Numbered from the stretch's first letter, positions 29,496-37,883 are shown. The stretch is 64,000 bases of DNA from Clostridium sp. (GCA_047833665.1 CP181261.1:2170889-2234888); one strand, 5' to 3'. Program-made: numbers and translations. Notes: generated by a model from the sequence alone, not told the origin.

Positions 29496-30074
29496 TCAGT
29501 CTCTCCTTTCAATATGTGTGGTAACACCTTCTGGAATTTCCGCCAGTGAACCGTCCGACATTTTAATGTAGTTACCCCCTCTTGCGCGTATTCTCTGCTC
29601 TTTGGAAGACTGTTCCGTTTTATCCGCTGTTTTGGAAGTTACTTCAATGGAATCAATAACTTTTCCATCTTTCACTACAACAAAATCGATCCTTCGCGCT
29701 TCACCAGTTTCGGGATCCTTTACGATATTTCCGTCTTTGTCACGGAGATATGCTTCGGAAATAATCGTATGGGGCGGTGAAGGATACTGTTCTTCCAGTT
29801 CTCCTCTCACCTCGTTTTCTCGAGCAAGTCCGTCCATTTTATTTTTGATAGGAAGATTTATTTCATGTACATCATCCGTTGTTTCTAACGGTGAATGATG
29901 CTTATTCTCAATAGAAAGATCTGCTTCCTGCACATCCTCAACAGTTATTTCCAATGGTTGATCATACTCACTCATTGGCTTATCAAACACCTTGTTTTTC
30001 GCCAACTTGCCGAGCGGGCACTCTGAAAATCGCTTTACTGCAGTCTCGGTGACTTCTTTCAAAGCAAAATTCAT
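29496..30074 (-). CDS. 192-aa protein with a C-terminal PD-(D/E)xK-like (restriction-endonuclease-fold) domain
   Basis: The pattern GLARENEVRGELEEQY ... ARRIDFVVVKDGKVIDSIEVTSK resembles the G..E / D / ExK layout of Hjc/Mrr-type nucleases, although the K is shifted. The N-terminal acidic half contains an internal repeat (EDVQEADLSIENK / DDVHEINLPIKNK). ATGA overlap with the upstream gene. Confidence 0.6.
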   Translation of the reverse strand: MNFALKEVTETAVKRFSECPLGKLAKNKVFDKPMSEYDQPLEITVEDVQEADLSIENKHHSPLETTDDVHEINLPIKNKMDGLARENEVRGELEEQYPSPPHTIISEAYLRDKDGNIVKDPETGEARRIDFVVVKDGKVIDSIEVTSKTADKTEQSSKEQRIRARGGNYIKMSDGSLAEIPEGVTTHIERRD

Positions 30075-33000
30075 ATTTTAACACATCTTTCTTTTACGTA
30101 ATCCACCCATTGCATATATAACCTCTTTCTAAATTCCACTTCTTCTTGACCCATGCTAAAGTCTTTCATAAAGCACTGGTTGATGGCAAGAACAACACTA
30201 TCGGCAGCATCTGGAATAAACTGACGCACTATTTTTGCAAGTTTCGCAGTTAACTCGGAGTTGTCAGAGGAATTTATGATACAATTTTCTACGTGTGATC
30301 GAACACCAAAAATATCTGTGATACACCGAGAAAGTTGTTGGAAATTAGTCTTATCCCACATTGAAGGTCTGCCATCCGCTTTAAACTTAGTAAATTGTTG
30401 CTCAATAAACTCGCGGTTACTGGAAGACAATCCGAGCCAATCTATACCGCGTTCTATTTTGTTTACATCAAAATCCAGCCGTTCTTTTACTCTGCCTTGA
30501 ATTAAGAAAAGTAGCAGTTGTTTCCGCAAATTGGCAGTATCAGCTTCTGCAATACTCACCTCGGTATGATATGGCTGTTCGGATATGCTGCACTTGTTTA
30601 TCTTTACCAACACCGGCTCAACCCAATCATTCTGATAAACGGCAGCTACACCACGTTTAAGTTTTGATAACTCCTCTATCTGCTCTTGATTAAGGCCTGC
30701 ACCTAGTCCAACAAGTTCACGGTCACTTTGCTCCGGCAAGCGCAAGATTATCTTTGTATTGGTATTCCGAATCACTGACATATCCAAAAGTCCCGGTGAT
30801 TGGTCGGCAATTATGAACCCCTCGCCATAGGTCCGCATTTCCGCTATGGAATTGGACAGCAACTCCACCGATTTGCCCAACAGATTTGAACTTTCAGATA
30901 ATTGCTGCGTAGATGTGCGCTTAAGGAGATTATGTGCCTCCTCGAGGACGGTAATATGTGTAAGTGGGCTGTTAGCTTTACCGGAAGCCATCCGATATTC
31001 GTTCAGCCTCATAACAAGCAGCCCCATAATCAGCGACTTCGTTTCTGTCGAACCAACACGACTCAAATCCACAATCGCACTTTTATCAAACAATTCGCTA
31101 TCTCTTAAGTCATTATTGCAGAAAATCAGGCCGTTTAATCCATTAGTCAGAGAACGAACCCGAGTAAGCAGAGCACCTGCGTAATCACCTTTGCTTTCCG
31201 CTGAATATTTAGACTCGTTTATAACATTTTCAATTTGCTCCAACAAATCCGCAAAATTTGGGAATACATCCCCTCTGGGATTTTCTGACAAAGCAATATT
31301 CCATCCTGCCGCAATATAAGCCCTTTCCATTGCTTCCTTTAATATCGCAGGCATCGCGGCATACATCGGCCAACATACATTAAAAATTTCAACTAACCTG
31401 TCTAAATGTTCCAAAACGTGGATATCCGATGGAAAACGGAACGGATTAATTCTTAGTAATTCTGACTTCTTTGGATTTGTACCATAAACCGCCACATCGG
31501 GAAATTGCCCGAACACGTTCTTATATTCACCTTTTGCAGGTTCAATCACCAAAAATGGGATATTGTACACATTCCTCAACTGGTTTAAAATTTCGTATAC
31601 CGTATTACTCTTGCCGGAGCCTGTTGAGCCGGTAATAAACGTATGCATCGTGAGGGAATCGCGGTCAAGGCGAACCTCTGTATCATTCTCTTTTCCCATA
31701 CTGAACACTTTACCAAGAATAAAATCATGTCCACCGTCGCACCGATTGTATTTCACAACCTCTTTACCGAAATCAGCGTGCTCAATAACAGGAAAACCGC
31801 ATACAGATTTTCTCGGAAGTCCCATTTGAATTGCAAGTTCGTTGCCGCTGATAAGAGATGATGCAGTAACGGGCACATTTGCCGATTTTGAACGGTATTG
31901 AAACACAGGGTGAATAAAGTTCGTTATGTATTCACGGAGCAACGGCAGTTGCTTTTTATTCTGCCGCCCCCAAAAGTTAATGGCAGACGTTTCAACGCCG
32001 GATTTTTCGCCTTTCATAAGTGCTTTATAAGTTCCTGCCGCCATTTCGGCGGTTTCTTGACTGTCAGACAGAAAATATGCCGCGCACTCCCACATACCGA
32101 GACTTTCACACTCTTCTATGCGCTTTAACTGCAAATCAATTCGTTCCAGCGTATCGATAAGTGTTTTATTTTGCATAGTCAGCTGCATATGATTGGACGT
32201 ACCGGTAGTAAGTCCTCTCGTTTGGGTATAATTTTCACTCCTGCTTTCGCTGGTGGAACTCGATTCCCCTTTCGTTTCAGACTGGTTTTCAGACCAATTC
32301 TCCGAAGCGGATGTTCCTTTTGTTTTGGAGGATGGATTTATTGCGTTTAAACCGATATTTCCTGCAGCAATAGCAGCGGCTGCAGCTAAACTTGCACCGC
32401 CCGTCAGCGGGGCAGTAACGATGCTTGCTACACCGAGCAGCGCTCCACCTACACCTTTCGCGATGGCAGCGGCAGTATTCGGTTTGGTGGTAGATTCATT
32501 TTCTGATCTCCCTGTGGAATGACTTGTTCCTGTTTGTACGGAAGTGTTCGTGGAATGGGAAGTGCCGAACATTGTTCCTTTTGACAAAGCGTTAGAAGTG
32601 CTGATAGCAGTATTTGTACCGTAACTTAATTGCATATTGGCAAATGGCGACAGCTGTGTATATATCGTTTCATAGGCACGGCGTATTTCCGCCAATTGTT
32701 CGGGCGATGTACTCTTAGCCAACACAATAGCAGTATAGCGCTGCCCATGCATGGCAAGTGCAAGTTTTTCAAGTCCTTGTATAAACTTTTTGTTGTCTTT
32801 GAACTCTTCATCCTTATTTTGGGCAACGCAAGATACGGCAGCGATATTCTTTGATGGAATATCAGCAAGAAAAGCCTCCGCCTGCGGGTCAAGCAGATCT
32901 GCTGTTTTGACTCCGGGGAACTGCCCGCAAAGCGCGTTCCGCAACGTATCTTTCAGGGACTTTGTAGTTCGCAAATCATCAAGAGAACGGACACCCATAT

Positions 33001-33379
33001 AAAAATCCGTCTTTTGTCCGTTGCTGTCCATGATAAGGAACACACCGCAATTCAGATTTTGCACCGCATTAAACACGGAAGCAAACTTGTATGTTGAATA
33101 TTCGTCGTTCTGATAAACCATTTCGGTTATCTTAAACAAACGAATTTTGCTGATTTTTTTCAAGCTATCATCCAGTGGAATAATTTCCAAATCTGTAAGT
33201 CGAGTAAGATAGTTTTTAAGAACAATGTCATCCACAAGCTTACCTGCTTCGGCAAGCTGCGCTTGGAGTGAATCATAGCTGGGCATATCATTTTCCATTT
33301 GGTTTTGCGGGAGGCAATCATTATGCTCTATTTCAGCTCTTTCTGGCTTTCTCTCCATGATATCCGCAAATTCGTTCAT
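30071..33379 (-). CDS. ~1100-aa membrane-anchored HerA/FtsK-type (DUF87-like) P-loop ATPase
   Basis: Numbering follows the 1107-aa ORF-track translation. Walker A GSTGSGKS is at aa 589-596 and the HerA-style Walker B VLEEAHNL at aa ~816-823, followed by IIADQSPGLLD..NT.TKIILRL. A Gly/Ala-zipper hydrophobic hairpin (AAAIAKGVGGALLGVASIVTAPLTGGASLAAAAAIAAGNIG, aa ~308-348) is flanked by S/T/N-rich low-complexity segments. The preferred start is the ATG at 33379 (GGAG 9 nt upstream, 1 nt after the upstream stop); the ATG at 33394 is an alternative. Confidence 0.8.
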   Translation of the reverse strand: MNEFADIMERKPERAEIEHNDCLPQNQMENDMPSYDSLQAQLAEAGKLVDDIVLKNYLTRLTDLEIIPLDDSLKKISKIRLFKITEMVYQNDEYSTYKFASVFNAVQNLNCGVFLIMDSNGQKTDFYMGVRSLDDLRTTKSLKDTLRNALCGQFPGVKTADLLDPQAEAFLADIPSKNIAAVSCVAQNKDEEFKDNKKFIQGLEKLALAMHGQRYTAIVLAKSTSPEQLAEIRRAYETIYTQLSPFANMQLSYGTNTAISTSNALSKGTMFGTSHSTNTSVQTGTSHSTGRSENESTTKPNTAAAIAKGVGGALLGVASIVTAPLTGGASLAAAAAIAAGNIGLNAINPSSKTKGTSASENWSENQSETKGESSSTSESRSENYTQTRGLTTGTSNHMQLTMQNKTLIDTLERIDLQLKRIEECESLGMWECAAYFLSDSQETAEMAAGTYKALMKGEKSGVETSAINFWGRQNKKQLPLLREYITNFIHPVFQYRSKSANVPVTASSLISGNELAIQMGLPRKSVCGFPVIEHADFGKEVVKYNRCDGGHDFILGKVFSMGKENDTEVRLDRDSLTMHTFITGSTGSGKSNTVYEILNQLRNVYNIPFLVIEPAKGEYKNVFGQFPDVAVYGTNPKKSELLRINPFRFPSDIHVLEHLDRLVEIFNVCWPMYAAMPAILKEAMERAYIAAGWNIALSENPRGDVFPNFADLLEQIENVINESKYSAESKGDYAGALLTRVRSLTNGLNGLIFCNNDLRDSELFDKSAIVDLSRVGSTETKSLIMGLLVMRLNEYRMASGKANSPLTHITVLEEAHNLLKRTSTQQLSESSNLLGKSVELLSNSIAEMRTYGEGFIIADQSPGLLDMSVIRNTNTKIILRLPEQSDRELVGLGAGLNQEQIEELSKLKRGVAAVYQNDWVEPVLVKINKCSISEQPYHTEVSIAEADTANLRKQLLLFLIQGRVKERLDFDVNKIERGIDWLGLSSSNREFIEQQFTKFKADGRPSMWDKTNFQQLSRCITDIFGVRSHVENCIINSSDNSELTAKLAKIVRQFIPDAADSVVLAINQCFMKDFSMGQEEVEFRKRLYMQWVDYVKERCVKI

Positions 33380-33380
33380 A

Positions 33381-33965
33381 CTATTTCGCTCCATTCGTCA
33401 CAACCATTGCAACAGCGGCACCGGCGGCAGCACCGATGACAGCACCGGCTACCACGGCAGTGCTTGCCGCCGCAGCCACCACTGCCCCTGCTGCTGCACC
33501 GACTGCCGCTCCACCGGCAATTTTTGCACCGCGATACGTACCATTTAGCTGATCGCAGCGCTTTTGTTCTTGGTAACTTCTGTGTTGAATTTGCTGATGG
33601 CTGCCAGATGTTCTCCTCTTAGCGTGATCGGTTCCATTTGACAACGAAGTTTTCTGACCAGTGGAAGTAACAGGGTGCAAATATCTGACCACTTCTTTGA
33701 GATGCTCAATACGTTCGTGGGAAAAATTGTTAACTACTTGAACCATCAGCTTATTCATATAATCATCGTTCCAATGGGCTTTATCGAGTTGGAATTCACG
33801 TCCATCGTGCGGATCATAAAGTCCCTTCACATTTCGGGCAAGTTTTTCCATCTCATCAAACTCCGCAAAGGTCGGATCAACTAACAAGCTGTTTTTCATC
33901 ATGATGCGGATGCTTTTGATATCACCATTTGACACTGCGTTTTTAATGGACTCTTCAACTGTCAT
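33381..33965 (-). CDS. 194-aa protein: soluble helical N-domain + C-terminal Gly/Ala-zipper membrane segment
   Basis: The start at 33965 (MTVEESIK) has a strong AGGGAGGGTG RBS and lies 13 nt after the upstream TAG. The C-terminal ~45 aa are GAKIAGGAAVGAAAGAVVAAAASTAVVAGAVIGAAAGAAVAMVV. Confidence 0.75.
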   Translation of the reverse strand: MTVEESIKNAVSNGDIKSIRIMMKNSLLVDPTFAEFDEMEKLARNVKGLYDPHDGREFQLDKAHWNDDYMNKLMVQVVNNFSHERIEHLKEVVRYLHPVTSTGQKTSLSNGTDHAKRRTSGSHQQIQHRSYQEQKRCDQLNGTYRGAKIAGGAAVGAAAGAVVAAAASTAVVAGAVIGAAAGAAVAMVVTNGAK

Positions 33966-33978
33966 AGATACACCCTCC

Positions 33979-36279
33979 CTAAATTTCAAGAATAGAGTTG
34001 ACTTTACCTTTGATTTCGTCAAGCCATGCCAGTTTCCTCTCGCACTCTTTGATACGTTGCTCGGCTTTTGCCTTGTCGTTGGCGTAGCTCTCTAATTCCT
34101 TAAGTTTGTTATCGAGGATTTTGTCAAGGCGTTTGAATTCACCATCAAAATATTTGGCAATCTTGTTTGCTTGCTGCAGTGCATATAAAAGAGCTGCGGA
34201 ACCATTGTTAAATAAACTCTTTTCGATTGGCATGAAAAAGTTGCGTACCATTTCAGAGGCGTCGACAAATTCAACAGTCTTGTATTTTTGACGGTAGTAA
34301 CCTTTTTCTTGGAACCACGTCCACGGCTTGTACCATTTCTTGTCTGTATTTTTAACCCATTCCTTACCATCTTCGACACGCTTTTCTCGAATGAACTCCG
34401 CTAATTGGAAGTTTTCAGCATTCACGCTTCCGCCCATTAACTTCAAAGGATCAATTTTTGCACCGTTAAAGCCATCTATGTTGATGTCCTCAGCCAACCC
34501 TTCCAATTTTTTCTTGTATTCTTCAAGCAATGCTTCGCTTGTTTTAATAAGAGTTGTTCTAATCAGGTCGTCCAGTTCCGACTCAAAATATGGCTCTAGA
34601 CTTTCTGCAAACCGTTTAAGTCTATTGATTTCTATATCAATATCAGCGATATCAATCTCTATATCACGAAAGCTATCAATTTTCTGTGTAATCTGATTTT
34701 GGAATTTTTCAAGAATTCCTTCTACAATTTCTGGCGATTCCTGTTTGACTTTTCGCAAAGCTGTGTCAACAGCAACTTTGAATTTCTTTGCTGATTCACC
34801 ATCATCAATTTTCTTGCGAATTAAAGCAATTTGCTTTGACAGTTTCTCATTCTCGTCACAGTTTTTCGCAAGTTCACGCTTGGTTTTCTCATAACAATCC
34901 ACTTCGTCCAGTTTATGGATAAATGTATCCACAATGTTCTTAATCTTTGCCGTCTTAGCATACTTTTGCACATACTGGCGAATCGCAGCTTCCAACGATG
35001 GAATGCCTGTATGTATGAGGGCTTCATCATAGATGGCATTTTCACTTTTGCTTGCTTTTGCTTTAGTTAATTGTAGCGCGATATCGTTGCGAATACCGGT
35101 GGGTAAGGGTGCGTAAGTTTCAAAGTGCATGGTTTCGTTTCGATTGAGTTTTCTAGCCTTTACATACGCTTCGTCTCTTGTGTCCTCATCAACATCTGCA
35201 CCGCTTGTGATAAGACGAAAATCGAGGGCTGGCAGCGCGGCAGCGGGAAATAAGTTCGGGTTGTCAATACCGTGCGTTTTCAGATACGCACGCACGCGTT
35301 CCAAAGTCTGTTCCGTATCGCCATCTTCTTTCTTGCGGCCATCAAGTTTATTGATGACAAAGATAAAACGGTCTTTGGACTGCTTGCCGCCGACAGACAT
35401 GCTCTCGGCTACGCGTTTGAGCAAGGTGTAGTCGTCATCTGTACCGAACTCGCCTGTCATAATATAAAGGACCAATGCTTTTGATGATTTGCTGAGAAAT
35501 TCGCTTTGCACTTTTTTGTGGTGCGGGTCGCGGGAGTTGTTCGGTCCGGGTGTGTCAATCAGCACGAGCGATACGTCCTCGGATGACACAAACGGAATAT
35601 TTCCTTCAGCTCGTATTTCAGACACGTTTTCATCAGCGTTCAGCCGTTCCATTGTAGAATAGTTTAACGCTTCGTGCGTTTCTGTGAGCTGTCCCTCTTT
35701 ATTGTAAACTTTGGCTTTCCACGGCACGTCCTTGTCATTGGTATCTTTTATCCTCGTAATGATTGCCGTACACGCCTCTTGTTTGGAAGGCATCAGTTTA
35801 GTACCGAGCATAGCATTTATCAGTGTGGATTTGCCGGCGCTCATCGTCGCAACAACGCACACCTCAAAATCTTTGCTTTTTGCATGTTCAAACGCACTGA
35901 TAATTTGCTTGTCACGCAGTTCGTCAAACGGTCCCTCTTGAATTTCCTTAAACACATTATCAATCAAGGCTTCTTTGTCTGCCGTTTCTTTAGCGGGCTT
36001 ATGTTCAAGCTTGAAGGTCAGCTCATGCCGTTTTTGAGCTTCGGTAAAAGCAGATTTTAAATCCTCATAGTCGAGCAAAGTGCCATGAAATGTCACTTCA
36101 AATTCCGTATCGTTATACTCATCGATCAGAATACGCGGCAAATCTTCTACCCATTCTTGCAAGTGTGTGCCTTTGGCGGCTTTTTCGCCAAGTTGGCTGT
36201 TTTGCGCTAATTGATTACCGTCTACTGTAATTTCAGTTTCAAGTTTATAAGGATTGTATTTTATAAAGACTTTTTTCAT
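33979..36279 (-). CDS. dynamin-like GTPase (bacterial DLP), 766 aa
   Basis: G1 ATMSAGKSTLINAMLG (aa ~144-159), G2 region KQEACTA, G3 LIDTPGPN, G4 VINKLD. A long coiled-coil/stalk-like C-terminal half. ATGA overlap with the upstream gene. Confidence 0.85.
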   Translation of the reverse strand: MKKVFIKYNPYKLETEITVDGNQLAQNSQLGEKAAKGTHLQEWVEDLPRILIDEYNDTEFEVTFHGTLLDYEDLKSAFTEAQKRHELTFKLEHKPAKETADKEALIDNVFKEIQEGPFDELRDKQIISAFEHAKSKDFEVCVVATMSAGKSTLINAMLGTKLMPSKQEACTAIITRIKDTNDKDVPWKAKVYNKEGQLTETHEALNYSTMERLNADENVSEIRAEGNIPFVSSEDVSLVLIDTPGPNNSRDPHHKKVQSEFLSKSSKALVLYIMTGEFGTDDDYTLLKRVAESMSVGGKQSKDRFIFVINKLDGRKKEDGDTEQTLERVRAYLKTHGIDNPNLFPAAALPALDFRLITSGADVDEDTRDEAYVKARKLNRNETMHFETYAPLPTGIRNDIALQLTKAKASKSENAIYDEALIHTGIPSLEAAIRQYVQKYAKTAKIKNIVDTFIHKLDEVDCYEKTKRELAKNCDENEKLSKQIALIRKKIDDGESAKKFKVAVDTALRKVKQESPEIVEGILEKFQNQITQKIDSFRDIEIDIADIDIEINRLKRFAESLEPYFESELDDLIRTTLIKTSEALLEEYKKKLEGLAEDINIDGFNGAKIDPLKLMGGSVNAENFQLAEFIREKRVEDGKEWVKNTDKKWYKPWTWFQEKGYYRQKYKTVEFVDASEMVRNFFMPIEKSLFNNGSAALLYALQQANKIAKYFDGEFKRLDKILDNKLKELESYANDKAKAEQRIKECERKLAWLDEIKGKVNSILEI

Positions 36280-37586
36280 AAACTTCCTCCAAAAAGTATT
36301 TTTTCCAGGCCGTAAAGCCCACTTTTCTTGCTCATTTGGATAAGTTCTGAGTCATTTGCATTGCTATGTACTCCATCAACATATTTTGACAGATCATACT
36401 CCGCTCTGCTGAACTTCTTGACAAACAAGTCGTAATCATCCTGTTCGTCTTCTGTCATTTGTTCTCCGTTTGCCTTTAGTTTAATAAGAAAGGCAAAGTA
36501 GGATGAAAGCGGACAAATCAGCGGCTTTTTGAATCCTATGTTGCATAAATCTTTTTTCACTCCTTCAATGCTTTCTTTTATGGAATCGTCCGTACTCTTG
36601 AAGTCATCAAGTTTATTGAGCACGAACACTACCTTCTCTTCAGGTACATTTTCAAACACCCATTGCAGATGTACCTTTTCTTCATCTGTTCCAAGTTTGT
36701 TGGCGTTTAAAATGTAGATAAGAGTATTATAGCGTTCCTCTTTCAACGCTGTTCGTGTAATCTTCCTGTGCTGTCGGTTTATTGCGGAGTTGACCCCCGG
36801 TGTGTCAATAATGCAAACGCGATTAATGGGAACGGTTGTCCGAAAATATGATGCGACACTGCTTACCATTGAACGGTCGACATTTGCGAGATCATTATAG
36901 TTTGCATTAAGATTGAGCGACGATGTGAACAAATGAACGGTATTATCTTCGAAAAGCTTATTATAGAGGTAGCACAGGTTTCCTGTACAGGCTTCCTGCG
37001 ATGTCCTTGTCAACGGTTTGCCGATAATTGCGTTTATCAGTGTTGACTTGCCGGCGCTCATATTTGCAGTCACGATAAAGCGTGTTTCTGACTGCGACGC
37101 AAACCTTTTGTTAGATCGGAATTGTTTGACTAATTCAGCAGTAAAGGCTATTTTTGTCGGAATCTGCTCGTCGGTAAATAACGCGGTCAGTAAAACGTCT
37201 AACTGAGCAATTTGCCGCTTATTCAAATACCCTTTAAGGCAATCTGCTCCTCTTCGGATTTTACTTTCATCAAGAAGAATCAAAGCGATATCGCAAAGCA
37301 GCCAATAACGATACTTCTTCCTCCAAGGCCTTATTCTGCTGTTGATGACAGAGCGAACGACACCTTCACGCTCTTTGTCGGTCAATTTGAGGTCTTTAGC
37401 GTTGCCGGTTAAAAAAGTACAATACTGTGCAAGTCGGCCATCGGTATACACATCATGGTCCGCACATTTCCTGATAAGCGATTTCAGTGCGATAAAATAT
37501 TGCATTTTTAATTTCGGCTTAGCTTTTTTCATAGGATGAGCTTCAAGTGTAATTGCTTCTATAAAATTTGGACAATGAATAGTCAT
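36276..37586 (-). CDS. dynamin-like GTPase, short form, 436 aa, with a distinct ~170-aa N-terminal region
   Basis: G1 ANMSAGKSTLINAIIG (aa ~174-189), G2 region SQEACTG, G3 IIDTPGVN, G4 VLNKLD. GAAGGTG lies 11 nt upstream of the ATG at 37586. Confidence 0.8.
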   Translation of the reverse strand: MTIHCPNFIEAITLEAHPMKKAKPKLKMQYFIALKSLIRKCADHDVYTDGRLAQYCTFLTGNAKDLKLTDKEREGVVRSVINSRIRPWRKKYRYWLLCDIALILLDESKIRRGADCLKGYLNKRQIAQLDVLLTALFTDEQIPTKIAFTAELVKQFRSNKRFASQSETRFIVTANMSAGKSTLINAIIGKPLTRTSQEACTGNLCYLYNKLFEDNTVHLFTSSLNLNANYNDLANVDRSMVSSVASYFRTTVPINRVCIIDTPGVNSAINRQHRKITRTALKEERYNTLIYILNANKLGTDEEKVHLQWVFENVPEEKVVFVLNKLDDFKSTDDSIKESIEGVKKDLCNIGFKKPLICPLSSYFAFLIKLKANGEQMTEDEQDDYDLFVKKFSRAEYDLSKYVDGVHSNANDSELIQMSKKSGLYGLEKILFGGSL

Positions 37587-37644
37587 ATAGCTTATAGCAC
37601 CTTCATTTTTCTTGATTCCAAAACTGCAATCATTCGGTAAACTT

Positions 37645-37883
37645 AAATTTTAACCTTTCATATTCAGTAATTGAAACGCCTTAGTGCCACTATAGTTAAT
37701 TTTATAATCCAATATTTTCCGAAACTTTATCCAACCTAAATTATATTGTAAATAATTAGGGTGGACAGAAATTGGGATGCTTTCATCTTTTCGGAAAAAT
37801 GCCACATTGTACAAATAGAATACGTTACCTACTTTCCAGTAAGTAGGTAAATATAAAACCACCGTGTTGAAAGGTTAAAATTT
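37645..37883. repeat. 16-bp perfect inverted repeats bracketing 207 bp, ~60 bp upstream of the operon start
   Basis: aaattttaacctttca (37645-37660) and its exact reverse complement tgaaaggttaaaattt (37868-37883). Confidence 0.85.

Noticed and set aside
37650-37862. 70-aa minus-strand ORF filling the IR-flanked segment upstream of the operon
   Set aside because: It has a GTG start with no RBS and an aromatic-rich, motif-free translation in AT-rich DNA. It more likely arises by chance within the repeat-bounded segment than as a seventh gene of the system.
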